Assembly (NCBI GenBank): GCA_030693325.1
Contig: JAUYAV010000019.1
Span: 1,324-65,323, forward strand
Direction of reading: 5' to 3'
Source: a bacterium
GTDB taxonomy: Bacteria > Patescibacteriota > Minisyncoccia > UBA6257 > MFKM01
DNA: 64,000 bases
The position numbers and the translations under genes were made by a program. Below the pieces are notes generated by a model, which was given only the letters and a program-made list of their open reading frames with translations, ran no database searches and had not been told where the DNA came from. This document shows positions 56,768 through 64,000 of the stretch, in pieces (within the stretch, counting starts at the first letter, position 1; every line of letters starts with the position of its first letter).

Positions 56768-56850
56768 TTCTCTTTATTCTACTTTATAATTTTTAAAAGT
56801 CGAAACTTTTTATTTTTTATTAATGAATTTTTTAATTAACAATCATATTT

Positions 56851-58374
56851 ATGACTCTAACCCCTTTGTTAGCGGGAGGTTTGGTAGTGGTGGGGTTGAT
56901 TTTGGGTTATCTTATCAGGCAATTCTTCGCGCTTCGCCAGCTGGATTCAACCGAAGTCAAACTCCGGGAGCAGGTCAAAACCGCCAAATCTCAGGCTGAA
57001 GAAATAATTTCAGCCGCCAAAGATAGGGCGATAAATCTCTTAGAAGAAGCCCAGCAGGAAGACAAAAATCACAAGGTTCAACTTGACCGAGTTGAAGAAA
57101 GATTACTAAAAAAAGAAGACCTTTTAGACCAACGAGGCTTGGATGTTGACGGCCGGGAAAAAAATCTGGGAATAGGATTGGAGGAATTGAAGGTCGCGAA
57201 AACCAAGATTGAAGAACTGGAAAAAGACGCCGTTGGAAAATTGGAAAAAATTTCCGGGCTCAGCCATCAGGAAGCCCGCGAGCAACTTCTTAAAAATTTG
57301 GAAAATTTTCATCACGATGAATTGGTTTCTGTGCTACAGAAATTTGAAAAAGAAAAAAGGGATGTAGTTGAAAAGAAGTCCCTGGAGGTAATCACGACGG
57401 CGCTCCAGCGTTATAGCCGTTCTCATGTGGCTGACCTGACAACCAGCACGGTAACTATCCCCAATGAAGAACTTAAGGGTAAAATTATCGGCCGGGAAGG
57501 CAGAAATATCAGGGCTTTGGAGCGTTTAACCGGAGTTGAAGTGATTATTGACGAAACTCCCGAAAGCATCACCATCTCTTCTTTTGATCCATTGCGGCGT
57601 GAAATCGCCAAAATGGCTTTAGAGAAATTGATTCGCGACGGCCGCATTCAGCCGGTGAAAATTGAAGAAAAAGTTGAAGAAGCCAAACAGGAGCTTGACC
57701 AGCGCATCAAAGAAATCGGAGAAGCCGCGGCTTATGAGGTTGGCATTCTTGATTTGCCCAAAGAAATTATTTTCCTTTTGGGAAAACTTAATTATCGCAC
57801 CAGTTACGGCCAGAATGTCTTGCTTCATTCCATTGAAATGACTTATTTGTCCGGAATGATGGCTTCGGAACTGGGCGTTAACGTAGAAGTAGCGAAGAAA
57901 GGAGCCCTGCTTCATGACATCGGCAAGGCCATTGACCACGAAGTTGAAGGCAGTCACGTGGAATTAGGCAGGAAAATTTTGAAAAAATACGGCATCAGCG
58001 AGGATGTAATCAAGGCGATGGAATCTCATCATGAGGATTATCCTTTCGCAACATCTGAATCTTACATCGTGGCCGCGGCCGATGTTCTTTCTACCGCGCG
58101 TCCGGGCGCCCGGCGCGACACTCTGGAAAATTATCTGCGGCGTCTTGAAGAATTGGAAAAATTAGTTTTAGGTTTTGAAGGCGTGAAAATGGCTTACGCG
58201 GTTTCCGGCGGCCGGGAAGTCAGGGTTTTCGTGGTTCCGGAAAAAATTGACGACTTCGGAGCTTTGCGTTTGGCGAAAGACATCGCCACCAAGATTCAAT
58301 CAGAATTGCAATATCCCGGCGAGATTAAGATTAATGTTATCAGAGAAATCAGGGCGGTGGAGTACGCCAGATAG
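56851..58374 (+). CDS. rny: Ribonuclease Y
   Basis: N-terminal TM, coiled coil, KH domain (IIGREGRNIRALE), HD domain (LLHDIGKAID). Confidence 0.9.
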   Translation: MTLTPLLAGGLVVVGLILGYLIRQFFALRQLDSTEVKLREQVKTAKSQAEEIISAAKDRAINLLEEAQQEDKNHKVQLDRVEERLLKKEDLLDQRGLDVDGREKNLGIGLEELKVAKTKIEELEKDAVGKLEKISGLSHQEAREQLLKNLENFHHDELVSVLQKFEKEKRDVVEKKSLEVITTALQRYSRSHVADLTTSTVTIPNEELKGKIIGREGRNIRALERLTGVEVIIDETPESITISSFDPLRREIAKMALEKLIRDGRIQPVKIEEKVEEAKQELDQRIKEIGEAAAYEVGILDLPKEIIFLLGKLNYRTSYGQNVLLHSIEMTYLSGMMASELGVNVEVAKKGALLHDIGKAIDHEVEGSHVELGRKILKKYGISEDVIKAMESHHEDYPFATSESYIVAAADVLSTARPGARRDTLENYLRRLEELEKLVLGFEGVKMAYAVSGGREVRVFVVPEKIDDFGALRLAKDIATKIQSELQYPGEIKINVIREIRAVEYAR

Positions 58375-58602
58375 GATTCGGGCGATTTTTCCCAAAACCT
58401 TTTCCGCCAGCCATTTCCGTTCAGATAAATTATCCTCGCTCGTCCTTAGAAGTCAACGAAAAATATCGAACTCAACCTCATCCGCCAACTGGCGGATTCG
58501 GGATTCAAACAGCGATATTTTTCTACTTCTTTCGTCCTCGCTCAGTAATTTATGGCTTCACTTCAACAGGCTGGCTAAGAAAAGATTTTGTGGAAAAAAT
58601 AA

Positions 58603-58749
58603 CAGCAAACCAAACTTGTCTGAGAAAATATCCCGCAGGCGCTGAAAGCTTGGTTTCGCCGCAGGCGAATTTCAGCGCCGAGGGAAAAGAAATTCCGACC
58701 GCTGGAGTCGGAATATTCTGGTTTTCGAAGGCAAGTTTGGTTTGCTGGA
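58603..58749 (+). ncRNA. Candidate structured RNA (three-stem junction) in rny-hup spacer
   Basis: Closing stem cagcaaaccaaacttg / caagtttggtttgctg (16 bp), enclosing hairpin ggcgctgaaa...tttcagcgcc (with inner ttcgcc-gcag-gcgaa) and hairpin attccgac-cgctggag-tcggaat. Function unknown. Confidence 0.35.
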
Positions 58750-58771
58750 ATCCAAGGAGACCTTACTAAAA

Positions 58772-58800
58772 CTTTGCAAACTTGTGTTTTTCTAGTATTA
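58772..58800 (+). promoter_or_regulatory. sigma70-like promoter for hup (TTGCAA-16-TATTAT)
   Basis: ttgcaaacttgtgtttttctagtattat, ~60 nt upstream of the hup ATG. Confidence 0.5.
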
Positions 58801-58859
58801 TGCTATGCTTTTAAGGCCAAAGGTCGATAAGCATTACTAAAAAGCGAATAAATTCTATT

Positions 58860-59135
58860 ATGAAAAAAGACGGATTAGTAGAAGCAGTAATGAGCGCGGC
58901 CGGCCTTGAGACCAAAAAACAATCCCAAGAGGTGGTTGATGCTCTTTTTGATACTATTGTTAAAACTTTAGCCAAAGGGGAAGAGGTGGCTATCACGGGA
59001 TTTGGCGCTTTTCGCGTAGTCAAAAGAGCGGCTCGAATGGGAGTCAATCCTAAAACTGGCGAAAAAATTCAAATTGCCGCCTCAATTAAACCAAAATTCA
59101 AAGCTGGAAAAGTTTTTAAAGAAGCGGTTAAATAA
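58860..59135 (+). CDS. hup: DNA-binding protein HU
   Basis: 91 aa; ...GFGAFRVVKRAARMGVNPKTGEKIQIAASIKPKFKAGK HU/IHF arm signature. Confidence 0.93.
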   Translation: MKKDGLVEAVMSAAGLETKKQSQEVVDALFDTIVKTLAKGEEVAITGFGAFRVVKRAARMGVNPKTGEKIQIAASIKPKFKAGKVFKEAVK

Positions 59136-59152
59136 ATCCGTGAAATAACTAA

Positions 59153-59186
59153 AAACCCCTCCGATATAATGTCGGAAGGGTTTTTA
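59153..59186. terminator. Rho-independent terminator after hup
   Basis: aaaacccctccgat-ataat-gtcggaaggg + ttttt. Confidence 0.7.
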
Positions 59187-59244
59187 GTTTTGTTTGAGTA
59201 GCTTCCTCACAAAGCTACTTATTATCAAAGGACGCTGAGCGTCC

Positions 59245-60234
59245 TCAAATGAGCAACTTTTTGACAAGATTACTCATTTCAATAAAAATCTGATAAGTTT
59301 CTTTAATTTTACTTAAAGAATTTCCTACCAGACCTTTGATTGACAAAAATTGGTCCTCAATTGAAATTGAGGGGGTGGAAGTGCTGTTAGTCGAGCTGGT
59401 ATTCTCAATTGAAACGGATATTTCCGGAACAATTATTTTTTCGGTGGAAGAAGTGGTAATCGGAGTTGAAGCGCCGGTGAGCGTTGAGCTGGCGACGGAA
59501 AGTTTTTCTTCAATCAGCCAAAATCCGTCTTTAGCTTTTTGATAAAAATCCTTGGCTTCTTTGAGGGAATCGGCGGCCAAGTTTAATAGTTTTTCTAATC
59601 CGTCAACGCCTTCAAGGTTGGCTTTTTTAAGTTTTTTCACATCTGAAGATATTTTAGCGAATCTGTTTCCTGCCATTTCTAAGGTGGCTTTTTGCCGGTT
59701 TATCAAAAGAAAAGCGGTGGCGGCGGCTAATTCGGAATTATAATTCGTCTCCCGCCAATCCTTGAAAGATTGAGCCATTTCTTTTATTTTTGCCAGATTG
59801 ATTTCTTCGGGTTTTCCCAAAATATCTTTTTGTTCATTATAAAACTTGAGGAATCCTTCAAATTCTCCGAGGAATTGTTCTCTCAAAGAAATGGCTCTTT
59901 CTTCCAGATTATTCAAGGCCTTGAGTTGGCTGATAGTGTCTTCGGCTTCCTTGATTGAAAGGTCTAAAATTTTTGCGAAAATATCCAATCGCTGGTTCAA
60001 TTCCTGCTGCGCTTTTTCTTCGGGACTTAAGGCATTTGAATCTTTGGTGGTTATTAAATTTGTTGTGCTGTCCTTAACTCCCTGAACGCTTTCTTTGATG
60101 GTGTCAAAAGATTGTTGGAGATTGGCGGAAGCGAAATTTACCGTTATTAAACTAGCGGCGGAAACCAGGATAAAATATGTCAGGACGCTTAGCGTCCTTT
60201 TGGCAACGCTTAGCGTTTGCAGGATTTTCTTCAT
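59245..60234 (-). CDS. Secreted coiled-coil protein with Ser/Thr-rich C-terminus (hypothetical)
   Basis: Signal/TM N-terminus, encoded partly by ACGCTTAGCGT palindromes (TLSVAKRTLSVL). Confidence 0.4.
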   Translation of the reverse strand: MKKILQTLSVAKRTLSVLTYFILVSAASLITVNFASANLQQSFDTIKESVQGVKDSTTNLITTKDSNALSPEEKAQQELNQRLDIFAKILDLSIKEAEDTISQLKALNNLEERAISLREQFLGEFEGFLKFYNEQKDILGKPEEINLAKIKEMAQSFKDWRETNYNSELAAATAFLLINRQKATLEMAGNRFAKISSDVKKLKKANLEGVDGLEKLLNLAADSLKEAKDFYQKAKDGFWLIEEKLSVASSTLTGASTPITTSSTEKIIVPEISVSIENTSSTNSTSTPSISIEDQFLSIKGLVGNSLSKIKETYQIFIEMSNLVKKLLI

Positions 60235-60818
60235 AATAAAATTTGGTCTAAAAGATTATCTATATCTTTATTATTTGAGGTATCGCTGTTTAATTGAGTT
60301 TGTTCTGACTCCAAAATAATCGGATTAAGGTGGCTGGTTTGTTTTGATGTTATCTCTTTAAGAGCCAGCGAAACCGTTTCACTGGTTTTCTGCGAATAAT
60401 CAATTTTAGCCAGTTGAATGTCAATATTTAAATTTTTAAATTCGGTTTCCAGGGCTTGAGCGTTAAGATTGGGAGCCGTGGGTTTCAAATTTGAATTATG
60501 CATCAGATTGCCGGAAATCAGGACCAAAAGCAGTCCGGCCACGGTAAAAACCAGCTGTCTATTAAACAATGGAAGTTTTCGATAAACAACCGGAGCGGCC
60601 AAAATAGCCGCTTTTGAAATTCGGCTGTATCCGGGGTCCGGTTGTATTTGCCTGAATTTTTTTAGGCTCTCAATGATATTTTCTAAGAATTTGAACCTCG
60701 CCCCGGGTTCATCTGAGGAAAAGGACGTAGCCAAAATAACCAGTTTGGAGCGCTGGCTGTATTCCGCGTCTGGCAGAATTTTTTTAAACTTCTTTAATTT
60801 TTCTATTATATTTTTCAT
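60231..60818 (-). CDS. Putative anti-sigma factor (single-TM) downstream of ECF sigma
   Basis: Start moved to MKNIIEKLKK..., giving a ~35-nt overlap with the sigma-factor stop. Central TM LVFTVAGLLLVLISG. Confidence 0.45.
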   Translation of the reverse strand: MKNIIEKLKKFKKILPDAEYSQRSKLVILATSFSSDEPGARFKFLENIIESLKKFRQIQPDPGYSRISKAAILAAPVVYRKLPLFNRQLVFTVAGLLLVLISGNLMHNSNLKPTAPNLNAQALETEFKNLNIDIQLAKIDYSQKTSETVSLALKEITSKQTSHLNPIILESEQTQLNSDTSNNKDIDNLLDQILL

Positions 60819-61335
60819 TGACGATTTTTCTAATGTTTTCAAGAGATCGGTGTTGGGCAGTCCTAATCGCTCCTTCATTTTTTCCAAGAGCTACGGCGAT
60901 TTCTTCGTTAGTCATATCTTCCACAAATCTCATGATGATAATTGATTGCTGTTCTTCCGGAAGTTCCTTAAGGGCAGCCTTTATAATGTTCAATTCAAAT
61001 TCCTGATCTATTTTTTCTTCTAAATTATTAACAGCCGCGGTTTCTGCAATACTCTCCAGATTAAGATTCTTTTTATCGGTCCGGTAATAATCAATTACGG
61101 CGTTATGGGCGATCCGGTAAAGCCAGCTTGAGAAAGGGAAACCCTGGATTTTATATTTTTCAATATTTTGCCAGGCGCTCAGGAAAACTTGATGGGCCAG
61201 GTCTTCGGTCGTGACTTTATCCCCGATTTTTAATAGAATAAACCGATAAATAGCCGGCAAGTATTGGTCATAAAGCAAACCAAAAGCTTCCGGATCTCGG
61301 GTTTGGGCCTTTTTGATTAATTCTTCTTCTTTCAT
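60784..61335 (-). CDS. ECF-type RNA polymerase sigma factor
   Basis: Region 2 (YRFILLKIGDKVTTEDLAHQVFLSAWQ; FSSWLYRIAHNAVIDYYR) and region 4 HTH (EEQQSIIIMRFVEDMTNEEIAVALG). Confidence 0.85.
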   Translation of the reverse strand: MKEEELIKKAQTRDPEAFGLLYDQYLPAIYRFILLKIGDKVTTEDLAHQVFLSAWQNIEKYKIQGFPFSSWLYRIAHNAVIDYYRTDKKNLNLESIAETAAVNNLEEKIDQEFELNIIKAALKELPEEQQSIIIMRFVEDMTNEEIAVALGKNEGAIRTAQHRSLENIRKIVNEKYNRKIKEV

Positions 61336-61370
61336 AGGTTAAAACGATAGAGCTGGGGATAAGTTACCGG

Positions 61371-61441
61371 AGCGGGTAGGGGGAATCGAACCCCCGGCAT
61401 CAGCTTGGAAAGCTGAGGTATTGCCACTATACGATACCCGC
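61371..61441 (-). tRNA. tRNA-Gly (TCC)
   Basis: Minus-strand cloverleaf: gcgggta/tacccgc; anticodon stem tcagc/gctga with loop ttTCCaa; T-arm ccggggg-ttcgatt-ccccc. Confidence 0.8.
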
Positions 61442-61563
61442 AAGTATAATCTTATTATCTTTATTGTAGTGCGGGATTTTTTCCCTCTTTATTATGACAC
61501 GATTATTGGATATAATCTATAAATACTATAAATAATAGTTTAGAAGTCAACCCCCATACTAAA

Positions 61564-62181
61564 ATGAACAAAAAATTTTTAAGAAAAACATCGAACTGGG
61601 TTATATCAATTATCATTTTGGTTTTATTGGCCGTCATTGGCTGTGGAATTTGGTTTTTGGTGAGCAGAACTCCGGCTAAGCCGCCGGTTGAATTTTTGAC
61701 TGCCCGCGAACGGGGAGCGGAAATCAGCCAAAAAATTGCCGAATTGTCTTCAGCTACCGCCGAAAAAATCGCAGAGATTAATTCTTTGGATTTAAGCAAC
61801 GATTACGATAAAGCATTGAGCTTAAGTGAGGATGCTCAAACTAAAAACCGGGAGGTGCGGAATCAAGCCGTCAAATTGGGCAATGAAGTGCAGAAAATGG
61901 CGGAATTTTTGGATAAAGTTCCTTCTTCTAAAAGTCAGGAATTGGCGATGAAAGCCATCACTACGGAAATGTCCTTGTTAACCAATCTTATGCAATACAG
62001 CTCAATTCTTGACCAGTTTTTGGGCAATCTTAATTTGGCCTTTGCCACCTCCAAATCCGAGTATCGGCAAGCCGCCGCAAATAATCTTTCCGACCTTAAT
62101 CTTAAAACCAATACTATCAACAATCTTAACCGGCAATTCAGCGACCAGATGCGGGAATTTGATGAATCTTTTTCCCGTTAA
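61564..62181 (+). CDS. Membrane-anchored coiled-coil protein (hypothetical)
   Basis: N-terminal TM; helical remainder. Confidence 0.4.
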   Translation: MNKKFLRKTSNWVISIIILVLLAVIGCGIWFLVSRTPAKPPVEFLTARERGAEISQKIAELSSATAEKIAEINSLDLSNDYDKALSLSEDAQTKNREVRNQAVKLGNEVQKMAEFLDKVPSSKSQELAMKAITTEMSLLTNLMQYSSILDQFLGNLNLAFATSKSEYRQAAANNLSDLNLKTNTINNLNRQFSDQMREFDESFSR

Positions 62182-63618
62182 CTAGAAAAGTTGATTGAGA
62201 CGAATCTGATTTCCTTGAGGCGCGTCATTAACCACAATCCCTTTCCCCATTAATTGGTTTCTGATTTTATCGGCTTCCGAATATTTTTTTTCTTTTCTCA
62301 ATTTATCCCTTTTCTCCAATAAAGATTGGATATTTTTGTTTTTGAGCAATTCAGTTTTCTTGGCTTGATATTCTTTATAAGAAGGCTCAATAAAGCCCAA
62401 AACCGAGTCAATCTCAAAAATAAACTTTTTGATTTCTTTTGTCTGGCCGGCATTAAGATTGCCCATTAAATTATTAATTCCATTCATAAAATTAAATAAT
62501 TCCGCCAGCGCCGCGCTGATGTTCAAATCGTCATCAAACGCTTCTTCAAATTTTGTCCGGCAGTCGGTTATCAGTGGTTTTATTTTCAGATTGTTTTTTT
62601 CTTTATTTTTTACGAAATCCAACTCAATGAGAAAATTCAAAAATTTTGAAGCAATGGCTTTGGCTTCGTCAAAATTTTTGAAAGAAAAATCCAAAGTTTG
62701 CCGATAATGGGTTTTTAACAAAATTAATCTTAATAATAAAGGATTTATTTTTTTCGCTTCAATATCCTGGAGCGTGTAAAAATTGCCGAGCGACTTGGAC
62801 ATTTTTTGCCCTTCCACGATTAAATGGGCGTTATGAAGCCAATAATTCACGAATTTTTTGCCGGTGGCCGCTTCGGATTGGGCGATTTCATTGGTGTGGT
62901 GGGGGAAAATCAAATCAATGCCGCCGCCATGAATATCAAAATGCGGACTCAGATATTTCATAGACATTGCCGAACATTCAATGTGCCAGCCCGGCCGGCC
63001 TTTGCCCAAATCGGTCTGCCAAAAAACTTTGCCGTCGCTCGGCTTCCATGCCTTCCATAAAACAAAATCATTGATATTTTCTTTATTGTATTCATCTTGG
63101 GCGTTCAATCTATTTTCAATGTTCGGCTTTAAATCTTGTTTTTCAATTTGGGCCAGTTCTCCGTATTGCGGAAATTTTGATATTTTAAAATAAACCGACC
63201 CGTCTTCAGCTTTATAAGCGAATCCTTTTTTGAGCAATATTTTTATAAGATTAATCATTTCTCGGACATGCTCGGTGGCTTTCGGCATAACATCGGGCAG
63301 TTTGATATTTAAGGATTTTAAATCGCCGATAAAACCCCGCAAATAAAAATCAGTGAACGCTTTGAGAGTTTTTTTCTGATTTTGGCTTTCGCGGATTGTT
63401 TTATCGTCAACATCGGTGATATTCATCACGTATTTGATTTTCAAATTGCGATATTCAAAAAAGCGTCTTAAAAGGTCGGCAAAAATATAAGCGCGGAGAT
63501 TACCGATGGTGGCATAGTTGTAAACCGTGGGGCCGCAGACATAAAGTTTAACCAAGCCGGCTTTGATGGGTTTAAATTTTTCTATTTTATGGGTTAGGGT
63601 ATTAAATAGACGCAGCAT
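62182..63618 (-). CDS. cysS: Cysteinyl-tRNA synthetase
   Basis: CGPTVYNYATIGNLRAY (HIGH region); KMSKSLGN; zinc-ligand Cys/His pattern; 478 aa. Confidence 0.9.
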   Translation of the reverse strand: MLRLFNTLTHKIEKFKPIKAGLVKLYVCGPTVYNYATIGNLRAYIFADLLRRFFEYRNLKIKYVMNITDVDDKTIRESQNQKKTLKAFTDFYLRGFIGDLKSLNIKLPDVMPKATEHVREMINLIKILLKKGFAYKAEDGSVYFKISKFPQYGELAQIEKQDLKPNIENRLNAQDEYNKENINDFVLWKAWKPSDGKVFWQTDLGKGRPGWHIECSAMSMKYLSPHFDIHGGGIDLIFPHHTNEIAQSEAATGKKFVNYWLHNAHLIVEGQKMSKSLGNFYTLQDIEAKKINPLLLRLILLKTHYRQTLDFSFKNFDEAKAIASKFLNFLIELDFVKNKEKNNLKIKPLITDCRTKFEEAFDDDLNISAALAELFNFMNGINNLMGNLNAGQTKEIKKFIFEIDSVLGFIEPSYKEYQAKKTELLKNKNIQSLLEKRDKLRKEKKYSEADKIRNQLMGKGIVVNDAPQGNQIRLNQLF

Positions 63619-63728
63619 ACTTAGTATTGGTATTTCAAATGTGATTATTAATTCTTATTTTTATTTACTATTGTGATTCCACGATCGCGGAATTACAATA
63701 GTAATCTGAAAATTTGGTTTGTTTCAAT

Positions 63729-63802
63729 TGGTCGGGGCGCCGAGATTCGAACTCGGACTAAATCTTCCCAAAAGACTCGTGCGGCCACTACACTACGCCC
63801 CG
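63729..63802 (-). tRNA. tRNA-Pro (TGG) with encoded CCA
   Basis: Minus strand: cggggcg...cgccccg; anticodon stem agtct/agatt with loop ttTGGga; T-arm ccgag-ttcgaat-ctcgg; then a-cca. Confidence 0.8.
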
Positions 63803-63931
63803 TTTCTGATGAGTGAAATCAAACCACCTATTGAAATTTTAGGTTAAAAATTTTAAACTGTAAAATGAATTCTTGTGTTTCCCTCGTAGCTTAGCGGGCC
63901 AAGAAGTGTTTTTTCCTGTTTGCTAAAATAT

Positions 63932-64000
63932 CTCCCCGTAGTTCAACGGATAGAACGGAGGACTTCTAATCCTTCGATCGAGGTTCGATTCCTCGCGGGG
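63932..64000 (+). tRNA. tRNA-Arg (TCT), 3' end cut by window edge
   Basis: ctccccg; D-arm gttc-aacggata-gaac; anticodon stem gagga/tcctt with loop ctTCTaa; T-arm cgagg-ttcgatt-cctcg. Confidence 0.75.

Noticed and set aside
58247-58645. 132-aa ORF spanning the rny end and the rny-hup spacer
   Set aside because: It overlaps the rny 3' end out of frame, has low-complexity Ser/Arg content and no RBS. The region is better explained as structured RNA and a promoter.

Overview
This window looks like a low-GC, compact bacterial genome of the Candidate Phyla Radiation / Patescibacteria type; that assignment is an inference from gene content and style, not something the sequence states. The housekeeping backbone holds the chromosomal origin (dnaN and dnaA on the minus strand, rpmH-yidC-jag diverging on the plus strand, DnaA-box-like motifs in the AT-rich spacers). 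The recombination and repair genes are ruvB, yebC-ruvC, recA, comM, pnp/rpsO, nusA, clpP, ftsK, rny and hup. The cell-wall genes are a PBP1A, murC, murD and a LysM-M23 peptidase, together with tyrS, cysS, ksgA and seven tRNAs.

Several accessory features sit in this backbone:
1. A ten-gene minus-strand operon at 13.4-23.6 kb resembling a Gram-positive-type type IV secretion system: TrbC/VirB2-like pilin, PrgI/VirB3-like protein, a VirB4 ATPase split into two overlapping ORFs, and a VirB6-like polytopic protein.
2. A 1088-aa protein at 42060..45326 that fuses a type IV pilin N-terminus to a LamG-like lectin domain, GNVGIGTTxPG repeats and a C-terminal phage tail-fibre S74 intramolecular-chaperone domain. 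Its GC content is mosaic.
3. A radical-SAM/SPASM enzyme with a tightly coupled 31-aa Gly-Gly/Cys peptide and an adjacent APH-family kinase, in an AT-rich islet that truncates a phosphomannomutase gene. This is a candidate RiPP-like locus.
4. Toxin-antitoxin cassettes (hicBA and a relBE-like pair) bounded by short imperfect palindromes, next to a ~95-bp duplication of the recA 3' end.
5. A free-standing LAGLIDADG endonuclease in a tRNA-rich patch.
6. A separate small ORF with a textbook double-glycine leader.

Three families of dispersed repeats stand out:
- Tandem arrays of the palindrome GTAATTAC with a 9-bp period, at ten or more gene junctions.
- MITE-like paired inverted repeats (GACTTCTAACGGGGTTGAC), one of which supplies the ruvC stop codon.
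- A ~35-bp double-hairpin element inserted in frame into ksgA and the phosphomannomutase fragment, reminiscent of Rickettsia palindromic elements.

The window also contains a (GA)23 microsatellite and a candidate ~145-nt three-stem structured RNA upstream of hup.
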